Positions 1-33,832 of a stretch of DNA of 64,000 nt are shown piece by piece. The translations under genes and the position numbers were made by a program. Each line of letters starts with the position of its first letter. Within the stretch, counting starts at the first letter, position 1. The stretch is taken from contig CAVNZM010000007.1 of the NCBI GenBank assembly GCA_963693365.1, forward strand, positions 7,747,962 through 7,811,961, written 5' to 3'. Source of the stretch: Amoebidium appalachense (Eukaryota > Protista > Ichthyosporea). The notes beneath the pieces were generated by a model. That model saw only the letters and a program-made list of their open reading frames with translations, was not told where the DNA came from and searched no databases.

Positions 1-601
1 TCTTTCACTGCTTTGACAAGCAATCTTTCGCTAAAGCCAAAGTAGCAAGGCATCATGACCAGTATTCCTCTTACCCCCCTCCCCCCCCCCCCCCCCCCCC
101 CCCCCTCCCCCGCCCCGCCTGGCAACACCTGTTACTTATACCCTCACTTTTTACTTTTCAGCTCACCAACGTGAATACCGTGGCTTCCTCCCCTCCCATT
201 TGGTAAACCTCCATTACCCCCCCCCCTCCCCCCCCCCCCCCCCCCCCTCCCCACGGCTTCCCCCCTTTTCCCAACCAATCCACACATCCACCAGAAAGAG
301 AGAGAATGAAGAGAGAAGTAAAGGTTCCTCGCTTTCTTGCTACACCTTCTTCCCCCCTCCCCCCCCCCAAACAAAAAATATAACTAAAAAACAAAACAAA
401 ACAAAAAGAACACAACACCACACCCTTCCAGGATGCCCGTAAGAAAAAGAGAACCCGCCTTAGTAAAATTGCTCCTGATTCCAAAAGAAAAACATCCCCC
501 CCCTTACCCCCCCCCCCTGCCCCTAAGATTACCGATTTCTTCTTCTCGCCGTTCACCCACACACCCTTTCTGACCATTCTTACACAAAACGGAGACCCTA
601 C

Positions 602-1992
<1,391 letters not shown>

Positions 1993-3232
1993 CTGGAACG
2001 ATGATATAACGAATCGTACTTGACTGGATGTTAAGTTGGGATATTGGGTTATGAATTGGATTAAAGGAGACTGAATACGTGAAAATTTTTCTTTTAGACT
2101 ACATATACGTAGCAAATATAGACACTCAGTTATGTTCACAATAGTCGTATAGACAAAATACTACAAACAAAAACATTGGCTGTGTTGCCATATCACTATC
2201 ATCCCCCTATACTCCAGGATGACCAATTCTCCCGAACCTCTACAAAATAATGGGTGTAAGCATGTATCTGTAGACTGCTTTCCGGTTTCATTTTACCAAA
2301 CATTTGTATCTCTCGCTCTGCCCCCCGATAAAATCTATACTATACTATAGGGATAGTTTGCGCAGGACATCATCCTGTGTTTGCGACATCCTGGCCACTG
2401 GCTGAGAGGCCACTGGCAGTGCCTTGAGCGGCCTGCAGCTTTCGCAGGAGACATGGGCTGACATGGGCATCATCGTGAATAACATGAACTCTGCGCACAT
2501 TTGCGCAAAGCACAGGTTTATGCACGTACAGTACATACATATACATACATACGTCCAGCACATCACATGCATTTTGTCCTTCGCATCCTGGTGTGCCGTG
2601 CGTGCGTGACGCCCCGCTCTTGCTCTTGGCTGGCCATGTTGTGCTTCTGCCAAAAGGGATTCGGAGAAGTAGCGCTCATTAGCTTCGGTCGATGGTGATC
2701 GATGAGGTGAATAAAGATAGGTTGTTGACAAGTTGCCAGAAACTCACACGGTTGCATGCGGAATTCCAGAACACGAAAGCGAGGAGGGCGTGACTCACGG
2801 TTTTGGGGTTGTTGTGAGGTGGAATCTAATAAAGATTTGGGGCCCTACAGTAAGCAATAAGCTCCGAGTTAGTAAACCTGTACAGGGCAGGGTCCAGGGG
2901 GGGGGGGGAGGGGGGAGAGGGGAGATACCGGTAAGGAGCATCGGATGGGATCTGGAGGGGGCAGTCAGGAGAGACACAGTTGCCGTTGAAGTGTTTGAAC
3001 GGATAGGCAACTCAGGTGTCTTCTAGATCTGCAGCTGCACACAGTCGCACAGTGCTGGTCGAAGCGCTGCACTAAAGAAGAAATAAATACTCTATGACAT
3101 GTAAAGATAATAAGGGCCGGGCTAAACATCACTCAGATTCAAGCTTAAAGGGACGTGGTTGTTGCTATTGTCAAGGCTTGTTGTTTTTTGTTTGTTTGTT
3201 TGACGATGTTTGGTGGTGGTGGTGGTGGTGGT

Positions 3233-3286
<54 letters not shown>

Positions 3287-4198
3287 GGGGGGGGGGGGGG
3301 GGGGGGGAGGGGGGCTTCATCATAGTATTCTGATACTCGGTGCTCCAGCAAGTGATTCAAATTTAAACATGCGTCGTGGTCGACAAGCATTGACACAGGA
3401 AAAACTTTGATGCTTTATTACATACAGGTGATGCCTGCGATTTCCTCATACTAGACACTCAACAGACTTGTGGAGATTTTGCCCCGAGCTAATAAATCTG
3501 TTACAGTCAAGGTTTATATACATAACAAGACGGTAATCGTATGTATAGACATAAACAATACCAACACCAACATGGTTTTACCCTTCCCTACCCCATGAGC
3601 CCAAAATGTCACGTGTACAAACCGAGTACATCTGGCCGCGTTTAGAACGCCGAAACAATTACACTACAGCGGCCTTTTAATTTGTGTGAGCTTGGTCTAA
3701 CTTGCAGAGTCGCAACCTCTCAACTATCATGCAATTTACCAGAGGCGGCTCTTTAACCATCAGAGTTACTTTGTGTGTGAAGTTCGAAAATCAATGTTCA
3801 ACGTGCATTGATTAGTAACATCCAACCCAGCAACACTCTTCCGGCATCTACGTTCTATATATCTCCTTTAGTATATGCCCAAGAGCAAGAGACTTCAACT
3901 TGGTGTAGTTCGAGGACGCAAACACCATGCAATAAACACTAAACGGCGCGGGGAAAAAAAAAGAAAGAAAAACCCATTATGTACGAACCACTTATCTAGG
4001 CAATAAAAACAAAACAGCGAAAAGAAAATGTCCCGATTCGCACACACCAACCAATTCATGCTCACAGCTTACGAGTTGCCTTCTGCTACTCCAGGACTGA
4101 TCAAGCAATTAGACTAGTCGTAGTGATAGCTAACCGCAAAATGCATCTTATGAATCGCCATTAATTCTAAAGCGTTATCAACGAACATTACCTTTGAT

Positions 4199-17046
<12,848 letters not shown>

Positions 17047-18170
17047 CTATTAGTTTCGAGAGTACCAGCAGGGTGGAAAAGGGCGGGATCTAAAACATGG
17101 GTTGATTGCGTTCACAAGAAAGGTCCACGAGTTTCACAATATATACCACAGCAAAATCAGGTCATAAACTTTGGACACCCTGAGTAAATAACTTGGTATG
17201 AGCGTCACACAAAAAGTGACAAAATCATAAACAAGAACGTACATAAAGCGACAAAAAAACGGATACAGAATGAAAAGTGAACACACTCGCTTTGCTTTGC
17301 GCGCTTTTGGCTCATGATCAGTGAATCACTGGTGACTGGGTTCCCCGGGCGACCGTAAATTTCATGCCACGAGTCTCAAAATGGCATGATTTGACAACAC
17401 AATTTGAGCAAAAGAAGACTTACTTGAGCAAATCAATCAAATCCTGCCCGTTCCTAACTACGATCTTGAATCGTCATCTCCCGGCCATCTCCCGGCTGTC
17501 CAATCAGAAAGGCGTTGTGTAGAATAAGCCAATCACAATCCCGATCCGCCGTGGGTCGTGCAGCTCCCCGTCCATGGAGCAGGCATCATCATTCTGCAGA
17601 GTCACTCCCCTCCTACACACACGCATGGACCGCTTTTTACTAGTAATGCCACGCTCTGCCGAGCTTTGGCTTAACGTCGAAGCGAGACGAGAATTTTCTG
17701 GAAGGTGCTGTCTGCGTGTGTGCCAGTGTTGGAGGGAAGGCAACAATTTAAAGAAAAAAAAAGACTGTTCGGATATTTTTTTTCTCTCTGGCTGTATCCT
17801 GCCCGGGCCCCCCTCCCCCCCGGCCCCCCGGCCCCCCCCCCCCCCCCCCCCCCCCCCCCTTCTTCTCTCTCTCTCTCTCTCTCCCCCCCCCCCCCCCTTC
17901 ACTTCTCCCTCCACTCCCGGCCTTTTCTGTCTTCTCCTCAGCGTCGTTCTTTCTCTGTCCCCCTCCCCTGCCTCCCTTCCTCCCTCTGCCTCCCCATCTA
18001 TTCCCCTTTCCTTGGCCTTCTCCTCCCCCCCCCTTCCCCTTTTTCCTTTCCTCCCCCTCCCCCCCTTTTTTTTTTTGTATTTTTGTGTTTGGCTGGCCCT
18101 AAATTTACTCATAAATGGATGTGTGTGTGTGTGTGTGTGTCTGTGTGTGTGTGTGTGTGTGTGTGTTTGT

Positions 18171-18222
<52 letters not shown>

Positions 18223-18225
18223 ACA

Positions 18226-18339
<114 letters not shown>

Positions 18340-18709
18340 GTGTGTGTACAGCTGATGGGAAACAAACGTTTTCCAAAAACGTATTTGATCGGGGGGGGGG
18401 GGGGGAGGGGGGGAGGGGAGGGTTATTTCTCTAGCCCTTTTTTTTGGGTCAGTAACTGCCTTGCCTTAGGGGGGGGGGGGGGGGGGAAGCTCGAGGGGGG
18501 GCCGGAGGGGGATATGGCTGGGGGGGAGGTGCATGTGGGTGGTGGTGGGGGGGGGGGGGGGGGGGGGGGAAGGGGGGGGGAAGGAAGAGGGGGGACTGGT
18601 TGCTTGGGACGTTTTTTTTTCGATATGAAAGGTGCGTGTGTGTTGGTGGGTACGTGCGTGCGTGCGTGCGTGTACGTATGCGTGCGGGGGAGGTTGGTTT
18701 TAGGGGGGG

Positions 18710-18747
<38 letters not shown>

Positions 18748-19329
18748 TGGTAATTTGATGTACGGCCGTTTTTTTTTCCAGTTTATTTGTTGGCGAAATT
18801 AATTGTTTTGGGGGGCTGCCCATTTGTTCGGTAATGCAAAATATGTTTACTATGTTTAAATACTATTTATTTTTATATGTCGAGTTGGATATAACATGTA
18901 CACACGGTCGAGGAAGTATTTATGGCGATCGATTCGGTGCACGTTGGGGAATTGCACGATCGATTAGCATGTTTACGGCGATCGCTGATTGGTGAGCGCA
19001 AAACGCCTGACTTTCCGCAAACCAGGGTGCGCTGTAAGTCTGGAAACCACTCACAATCAGAGGAACCACTACATTGACCAATGGAATTACCGCGGCGTCA
19101 TCCTCGATCACTACGAACCAAAGGTTGGCACGTGATCGGCGACTTATCAGGGCTCAGTGAGCCCTCACACGATCACCAATGGTCTGGACTCTATGTACTC
19201 ACTCACTCACTCACCGAGGCTCACGGCTGGGGCTGTGGAATAAGAACTGCTATAAGCGTCGCTTCTCCGTTGACACGCACAACACAAAAAACGCATCTCC
19301 ACCACATTTAACGCAAGCACCCGCATATA

Positions 19330-19750
19330 CAAACCGTTAGTGCCATATGTTTGCTCCACAGGCCGTGAAAAACAGTCTCTAGCGCCGATAGTATCGTGGG
19401 TTTCCCTAGTGGTTTACTAGCATGGTGGTCTCTTCAATGGCGTGGTAATCGGTTCCGAGGCTCGGATGATTCCTAGACAGTTCTGCCCTCAGGTAGTGGG
19501 TCACACCCTTGGTGCCGTAGCTGTGTGAGCCGGTGTATTGTGTTCCCCTTTGTTCCGTTAGCCACCCTGGCCTCCTTTTCTTCCACTCTCCTCACCCACC
19601 TATCCACTTCTCGTCACGTGCACCCTGCACAACACTTTACCAACATTGACTTCCTTCTTAACACGGGTGATATTCTCACTGCCCAACTTTGTTTCCAATA
19701 TCTGCGCCCTCACGTCACACACGTAATACAATTACCCTCCCAACGTGGTT
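19330..19750 (+). mobile_element. Degenerate 3' fragment of a non-LTR retrotransposon (post-RT zinc-finger region)
   Basis: Frameshifted translation SADSIV...LQWRGNRF...CPQ...HPWCRSCVSRC...HFTNIDFLLNTG matches the C-terminus seen at ~57200 (AIQWR) and 60310-60539 (CPNNTH..FKRSCIAKC...YNILNFILN). A T-rich tract follows. Confidence 0.6.
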
Positions 19751-19801
19751 AATTAGCTCCTTTTCTTTCTTCCTTTCTTTCTTTCTCTCTTCCTTTTCTT
19801 T

Positions 19802-19835
<34 letters not shown>

Positions 19836-20847
19836 AGTTGTCTTAGATACTGTGTCTGTAATGTGTGTGGCTTTAGCGGCCGTGGCTGTGTAGTAGGTGT
19901 AACAGTAGGTACCATTAATAAGGGGTGGCTCGAGCTCGTCTGTATTATGATGTACACATATCATGCATATGGGGCACATGTTGTGTTTCCGGATTGGCCA
20001 GAGGGAGCAACCAATAAAGTGCAATGATCCCGAGTCAAGATCAGTATCCATGCAACGTCCAGCGTGAGTGTGACCAAGCAGTTTGTAATATTAGTATAGA
20101 TAGTGTGTTATACATGTGGCCCTGTCACGACTGTGCCACCGGCCCACCGCGTGTGGGTGTGTGCGTGCTTGCGTGCTTGCGTGCTTGCGTGCGGGCGAGG
20201 TAACGGTACATGCGTGTGGACGAGGTGCGTGTGACTGGTGCCCGGGATGGACGAGGCGTGTGCGGGTGTATATACTGATGGCAGGTACACTGGCCGTGTA
20301 CCAAGTTGTGCAGTCACGACGTCTGCAATTCACCGAATGTGTACACGCATGTCCTACATAGGTTATTGCGATACTGTACATATGTACTACTTGTGCACGT
20401 TACGACGTGTGCACGTGCGTGCTCGGGTTGCTACACGTGCTTGTGCACATATGTGCGTGATGGAGCCGGACTTGAGGCGCTGCATGCTTGCGAGTTGACC
20501 CGCCAAAGTAGCCAAATCCACTCGTGCATGCTGAGTAATTAGTGTTTGTCATAGCTCAACGTTGGCCATTTTTTACTATCATCAGTACCTGAACATATAG
20601 CAGTGGTCTTTAACATTGAACAGCCAGGCCAATCACGCATACGGTTTCCTATACACGACTGCCATCTAGATCTGTTCGAGTAAGCAAAGGTGCCCAGGCT
20701 AGACTCTAGAGTTGCTGGTTAGTAAATAAAACCATATACACTAAGCAGGTGCGCAAAGTGAACGTGACCAAGCTATCCATATCCAAAACAACCTACACAG
20801 TAGCTAGTTAGGATAGGAGCACCATATATATCCGCCAAGATGATATA

Positions 20848-20895
<48 letters not shown>

Positions 20896-21152
20896 TGTGG
20901 AGTTGGTATGCACTTTTTTTGCTGACAGGTAAGTGTGTACAAGGCCCACATGAGGGAGTTTGGCATAAAGTAGCGCGTCAGGTTTTCTGGGGGCACCCCG
21001 GGTCCGGAGTTTTACATCTGTTTAATGTAGGCACCCCTTTTTCTATCCTACCAACCCCCAACTACCCGTGCGCTCCATGAATTACCGTACTGCACGCCCA
21101 CTTGGGCCCTGGTAAACAGGAAACGTGTTGTAACAAACGTTGCCTCGCGTGT

Positions 21153-21283
21153 TGCGCTAAATAGCTTGCTGCAACACAAACTCTCCGTGTGTAGGATTGG
21201 CCTTGAAACTATATCTTCTGCGCTAAATAGCTTGCTGCAACACAAACTCTCCGTGTGTAGGATTGGCCTTGAAACTATATCTT
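21153..21283 (+). repeat. Tandem duplication of a 66-bp unit
   Basis: tgcgctaaatagcttgctgcaacacaaactctccgtgtgtaggattggccttgaaactatatctt occurs twice. Confidence 0.9.
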
Positions 21284-21595
21284 TAAGCTATATTCCTTGT
21301 TAAAGCTTGGTATTTTCTGTTCAATGACGTTACTAAATTCGAACTTGACCTTGTGAGGCAATCAGTTTATAATAAATAAGTTCTAAACTTCAACACTCCT
21401 CAATATGTACAGACTTGTGAAAGATTATATTGAGTGACCGTCAAGCAGGTGAGCTGAAACACGAAGCATCTTAAACACTCTGTTAAGTTTTAACACTGTA
21501 CAAAATTTCTTTGCACCTTACTAAGGCAAGTAGCCCTAAACAACACACGCTCAACCAAAAAACGGAGTTTCCATGTCAAATTTCCAAAACTAAGA

Positions 21596-22493
21596 TCAAA
21601 GGCCGCCCAGCATGTCCCTGTCTCCCTGGAACAACTCATCCATAGTTTGGCACAGGAGGAGTGCATAAGCCACGTCTACCCCGGCAGCAACGGTGGCCAG
21701 ATAAAAGTTTTGGGGCCGACGGAAACCGGACGGCAGGAACCTTGGATTTTTTCTTACTCTGATAACGCAATTCCCCGACTGGTTCAAAATGTCGTATTCT
21801 GTCTGCCCCGGGTTTCCTCTCATGAAAAGCGGAATGGCTGTCTCACGCATATAGTTGCCATATCGAGCATCTGATGCTTGTGTGATGAGAATGCGAGTGT
21901 CGAGGCATGGCGGTAGTGCGGACCGCTTTACCGAGCAACATGCTTCCCCAGAAGCGTCCTTTATGAGCAATTTTCTTGAACATCCCAAAATACCGCTGCG
22001 TGCTACAGAACCAACAGGAAGGCCGGAATGAACATCAACAAGCGTCTGTTTCCCTTTCATACTCACCGACTTTGACGTAAACTGGAAAACTGGGTGCATG
22101 TCTGTCGTGTAGATGACACCAGCGTCCTCTTTCGTCCAGCGAAGACCTTGTCGGAGTACAAAGGTTTGATCCCGCAGAAGAACATTGCCTGGCGACACAA
22201 CGGCGAGTACTGGTCCGTCTACTTGGCCATTTTGTGGGGCTTCCCTTGCAACTGTTGCCGCCCTCTGCCGGGTGCCAGCTGCAGCGTTCGATTTTGGGTC
22301 AAAAGCGTAGGTGAAGAGGTCGTCACCGGGCGGCTTGCTGTGGGATGGAAGGGGTGTGTGCACCAGAGAGGTGCTTGTGTGATTGGTCGCTAGGCTGGCT
22401 CTGTTTTTTCGCTGGCAGGCTCTGGCCCCAGGGCTCGTCTGTTGCTGCGGAAGTAGACGCGGGATAAATGCGACGACTTTCGGTGGACGCCAT
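21596..22493 (-). CDS. LURP-one-related (LOR) / Tubby C-terminal-like / scramblase-fold protein, intronless
   Basis: ORF 21596-22363 has the LOR-type pattern: TFVLRQGLRWTKEDAGVIYTTDMHPVFQFTSKSVSMKGKQTLVDVHSGLPVGSV...FMRGN...EYDILNQSGNCVIRVRK...QNFYLATVAAGVDVAYALLLCQTMDELF. The nearest upstream ATG (22493) is out of frame, so the start is uncertain. Confidence 0.75.
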
Positions 22494-23599
22494 TTTACGA
22501 GTGAAAACGGGGGCAGAAAGACTGGTTAGAGTGCACGTGCGGCACGGCCTTGTAGTGTGGTGAATAGTAGACTCGTGTCGTCTTTGTTGTGTGTCACCTT
22601 GTACAAGTCATTACCAACTTGGGTGCGGCAACTGCTTGTGTCGACATTGTTGATGGTAACCTGCAAGACAAGCTTGCGGTGGTATTTATTCCGCATGCCT
22701 GGAGTGTGATTTGCGTGAGCTTGTGTGTATGTGCGGCCAACTCACTAATCACGGGTATAGGAAAGTTTGCTTATACTGTGTACTGCTGATCGCAATACAA
22801 ATCGTCAGGTCTTGTTTGAATGTCTGACCACACTGTCGACGATTTTTTCGATTTGTGAATCTACCGGCTTTCAATTCAATTTTTAAGAATAAACAAATGA
22901 AAGGACTATTTTTTATATAAAAAAAAGACCTAATATAGTTAGTACCCTAGATCGATGTGGATATATACATATACTCATTAGTCGGTATCGTGCGCGCACC
23001 GCTCAATTGATACATAAATGGTCCGGCCCGGATCAATCAACATAAGAATCTCGATTATTTGGGTAGGTTCGATTCGATCGTAGTTTGTTGACAATTTGCA
23101 GTCTTGGCGGTGCAGCCAGCCTGAGTGACTGCCACGGGAGGTGCGTCACTAGCCTTGATCAAGCTGCAGTGCACTGCCATGCATATGGCGCAAAGGAATG
23201 CCATCGGACCGTAACAGAATTGGCAATGAACAATGTAGGTCACTATAATAAGAGGTAATAGGTAGTGTGGCTTGAAATAACATAATGATATAGGGTATAC
23301 GAAATATGAGTACTGTATTTGCATTGGGAGTCAAGAGCCCTTATCCTTACCCGCGTGTGGAGAGCTCGTGTGGAGGTGATCCAGCTGGACCAGTGCGATC
23401 GGGATGACGTCGAGTGACTCGAGTCGTCGGGATCCCCGAACACTTCCGGTGGGGGGCGATCGAATGTCTACCTCCCCGGGAATTTTAGACCCCGTTTCCA
23501 TATGTGTGTAACTAGTAACTACGGAAAATGGAGCCTCGTTATACAAAAATATCCATATTTATTGTGAATTTAATGAGTTTTGCTATATGTAGAGCTACA

Positions 23600-24100
23600 T
23601 GTAGTCCTATGTCTGTAACGGAATTTTACGTTGCCTAAATGTCGAAACTGGAAAATCGTAAATCCGCTGTTAACATACCGTGATCACTTTTGTGCTGAAC
23701 CTTTTAATCGCAAGCATGTTGATAGGTGTGAGTTTTTATGTCGCGTTTTACCTCTTTCCCTCCATTTTCCCTACGGGTGTCTGGTATACACTGGCTGGCA
23801 ATGTGACCACTTTAGACTTTTTGTTTAATTCTGCTGATCGTCACATTGAGTATTTATATGATTTTCACACCGTGCTCAGGTATCTCAGTATGCACACTGG
23901 TGCCACTTTTGTGCTGAACCTTTTAATCGCAAGCATGTTGATAGGTGTGAGTTTTTATGTTGCGTTTTACCTCTTTCCCTACGGGTGTCTGCTACACTGG
24001 CTGGCAATGTGACCACTTTAGACTTTTTGTTGAATTCTGTTGGTCGTCACATTGAGTATTTATATGATTTCACACCGTGTTCAAATATCTCAGTATGCAC
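23600..24100 (+). mobile_element. LINE 3'-end remnant, tandemly duplicated (~219-bp units from 23685 and 23904)
   Basis: Each unit encodes HFCAEPFNRKHVDRCEFLCRVLP...NVTTLDFL(F/L)NS (CxxC-FxRxH-C knuckle plus DxLLN motif); the nucleotide duplication is visible. Confidence 0.7.
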
Positions 24101-24103
24101 TTG

Positions 24104-24644
24104 GGGTTTACACACTTTTTATTGCGTGGACACTGCCGGAGGCCCAGCCACATTCGACGGCCTACTACTGCGTTTTCCAGCGCAGCCAATCAAATGCAGC
24201 CAGTGATAGTATGTACATGCTAGGCAACAATGAGCGCCATCGTAGTATATGACACCCCTATTACATATTATGGGTAAGCAGAGGCTAGCATCGGTAGCTC
24301 CGAAAGAAAGTTAAGGCACCGGATCACAATATCATACTGTGCAGCATTAAGAAGGTGATCTAGGATAGTCATCTTAAAACAGATATATTGAGGAAGAGAG
24401 GAAGAAAAGAGAATAAATCATAAAACCGCCAATAACCTCCGGTTCTAATACATTAGCTAACAGGTTGCACTTATTGATAGATATGCAACCGCGATGCACT
24501 TGTTACTGGATAACTCGTGAAGTTTTTTTTATTGTCTTCTCAGTATGCCGTGCATACTTGCATATCTCTCCGCCGAATAAATCCAGTCAAAAGAAAAACA
24601 TACATGCGACTCGCCCCACACATATGAAAAAAGTGTGTAAACCC
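24104..24644. mobile_element. MITE / non-autonomous TIR element, family shared with 54222-54573
   Basis: ttg|GGGTTTACACACTTTTT ... AAAAAGTGTGTAAACCC|ttg (17-bp TIR, possible 3-bp TSD). The first ~275 bp are nearly identical to 54222-54497. Confidence 0.8.
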
Positions 24645-24994
24645 TTGGGGGATCCATCGTCGACCACTTTCCGAAATTTAACAAGAGGCCATGGAATTTG
24701 GCAACTTCCGGAGCCTGGGTCTACTTTTGCACGGGCTACACTCCAACCGTATAGATTTTTCTGCCAATCACTGTAGCCGTGATTAATTTCCTTTTATATA
24801 ATGTATTTTATTCATTATTGAAAGTGAGAGAGAAAGAAATAAATGCCGAAGAAGAAGTCCAGACACTCCGAGCTCGAGGCCGACTCCGGGTCTCCGACTT
24901 CGACAGTCGTATCTGATTGGTGGTCTAACTCGACGTTGATTGGTTGTTGAAACAATGCATTTTTGTAGGACTAAGGCACTATCAAAGTCTGTCA

Positions 24995-25510
24995 TATTAG
25001 AGACTCGTCTATTTTCTCTACAATCGTTATGTAAATTAGCTACTTATATTCCTCTTGTAAACCTAGTACACTTACCGATTTTGCCATTCTAACCCCTTCG
25101 TGTGATATTGCTTGATGTTTATTTTGGCGTTGTAACCTTAGTTTCCATAAATGTTTGTGTCACTTTTGTGCAGAACCTTTTTCTCGCAAACATCTAGATA
25201 AATGTATTTATTTATCTCAGATTCTTCCGTTAGAAATTCGAAGACTAGCTTATTTAGATAATCCTGATATTACTTCTATTGACTATCTGTTAAACCACCG
25301 TATGTACAGTTTTGGGCACATCCATGGGAGGGGGGGAGGAGTATCGGATTGGAGGAAGCGGGGGGGCACGGGAATAGCAGATTCGCGAGATTGGTATCGG
25401 TGCGTCTGTGGATAATGTGATTCGGTAATAATCATAGGTTTGTTTTGCCGATGCGGGAAAAAAATACAGTTTTGGGCACATATCGCACATCCGAAATTCC
25501 CTGTCGGTCT
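24995..25510 (+). mobile_element. Another diverged LINE 3'-end remnant, interrupted by a small retroposed insert
   Basis: Translation ...LTDFAILTPS...CLFWRCNLSFHKCLCHFCAEPFSRKHLDKCIYLSQILPLEIRRLAYLDNPDITSIDYLLNHRMY is homologous to 23685-24100. Confidence 0.7.
25322..25464 (+). mobile_element. 143-bp retroposed insert (SINE or truncated LINE 3' end) with A-tail and 17-bp TSD
   Basis: TACAGTTTTGGGCACAT is perfectly repeated at 25305-25321 and 25465-25481; the insert ends in A7. Confidence 0.8.
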
Positions 25511-25830
25511 AACCCTGGATTTAGCTCAGATTTGGTCTGCATTGCTCTTTCAGAGGCTGACTTGCTTGCTGTGCCTTGATAAGATAGGTTTTGAGGGGGG
25601 CCTGTTGGGAAGGAGTAGTAATGATGTCTTCTTGCGGAGTGTGGTCTGGTCAACATCGATGCAAATGAAAGTTGGAGCAAACTAGTTTCACGCATACACG
25701 TACACTTAAGGTTTTGCCCGCCGGTGTCCTTTGTCACTTGTCGCTTTGTTATTATTTCGTAGTCCATAGCCATTTCGTCAGCATTACGTAAGCTTGGCCG
25801 ACCCTTCTGGTCGTCATGGCTGCCTTAGCA

Positions 25831-26238
25831 CTATATATAGAATTTAGGGTGCAATCCTTGTGCCGCACTATAAATACTTTGAGGGTATATAACAGCGCCG
25901 CCGCTCAGACAAGCTCAGATTCTAGACAGGTCAGATCTGGGAAAATAAATAGGTTAGATAGACCCAAACGTCTCTGAAATTGCGCATTCTTTGCGCCGCG
26001 CACCTGCGCTACTGCGCTTTCCTCCTTTCACTCCTTTCACCCAATCACCTTCAAGACGGTAAACCCCGTCAAAGTGGAGTGTGATGATTAACCCCGGGGT
26101 TAAAGGTACAAGTAGGATTTACTTCTCCCTAGGAATTGCCCAAATATAGGTATGTAAACAGATTGCTACTCGGAAGCCCCGTGCCGTGAGGCTCCCCGAC
26201 CCTAGTAAGGCCGCGAGGCGGGAGCCTCGCCGTGCTAG
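25831..26238 (+). mobile_element. Putative non-autonomous Helitron with two tandem 3' termini
   Basis: Hairpin GCGAGGC-ggga-GCCTCGC (26213-26230) is followed by CTAG|T (26235-26239). An upstream GC-rich stretch ends in a second CTAG|T at 26202-26206. The 5' end is only tentatively placed at ctatatatag (25831). Confidence 0.5.
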
Positions 26239-26539
26239 TCACTGACACTGAGGAGGCTCCTCTCACTCTGTGCGCACTGCACTCAGACTATAGCCCAGTG
26301 GTCTAACCAAAACTTTCTCAGAATTAGTTTGTATATTTGGGCACCAACTTGAGAACATGATGGTATATATATACTGCCGTGTGGGCACAATTATCTGCCG
26401 TATACCGTAATCAAACCCTGAAAAATAATCAAGCTGGGTATCCTGCTTGCACTAAACGTAACATTCCTCCCTCCCCCCCCCCTCCCCCCAACTTGGCACG
26501 CACACACACGTGCACACACGTACACACAGACACACGTGA

Positions 26540-33240
<6,701 letters not shown>

Positions 33241-33832
33241 ACAATCCCTTGCGTGAATTAGCGAGCGCCGGGTTTGTGAAAGCTAGTTTCGATTTTTTCT
33301 TGTGTGAACATGCTTGCCCGACTTTCACCTTACCATGTTCGCCCGATTTTCACATATAATTAAGCTTGTATGTTGCCTTTTGATTAGGTGTATGTGTACA
33401 CGTACATATTTCGTTGATATTTTAGTTACACTCCTCGATAAACATACCTGCAACAGAAAGGAGGACAGCAAAAGCGATACTAGTTGTTGCGCCACTGGAA
33501 CAATTTCTTTATATACCTGTACGGGGAAAGATTCAGGCCGTTTGGTTGGTTAAAAATAATACGATAATGCAATTGGTCGGGACAGTGGAGTGGACTCACC
33601 GAAAAGTGCCGACTACATTCTGCAAAGCACGATGTACATGTATGGGACTGTAAAAAGAAAGTACAATAAATCATACTTGTATTTCTCTGCCTTTATATGG
33701 AGCTGGAAATCAGCACCATACAGTGGCATACACTATCTGCTCGTCGGAGTTCACGGAACACTTGATTGGCTAAATTTTATCTCGAAGGTAGACGACTCCG
33801 CCAATCAAGCAATATCCGAGTCTAAGCCTGAG

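Noticed and set aside
2345-3080. Exon-like minus-strand segments between the two Ras loci
   Set aside because: All three frames after the best acceptor near 3071 hit stops, and no consistent model or domain emerged; may be a decayed fragment.
21153-21283. CRISPR-like array suggested by short direct repeats (also 4916-5148, 23685-24100)
   Set aside because: Two-copy tandem duplications without unique spacers or cas genes, in a eukaryotic context.
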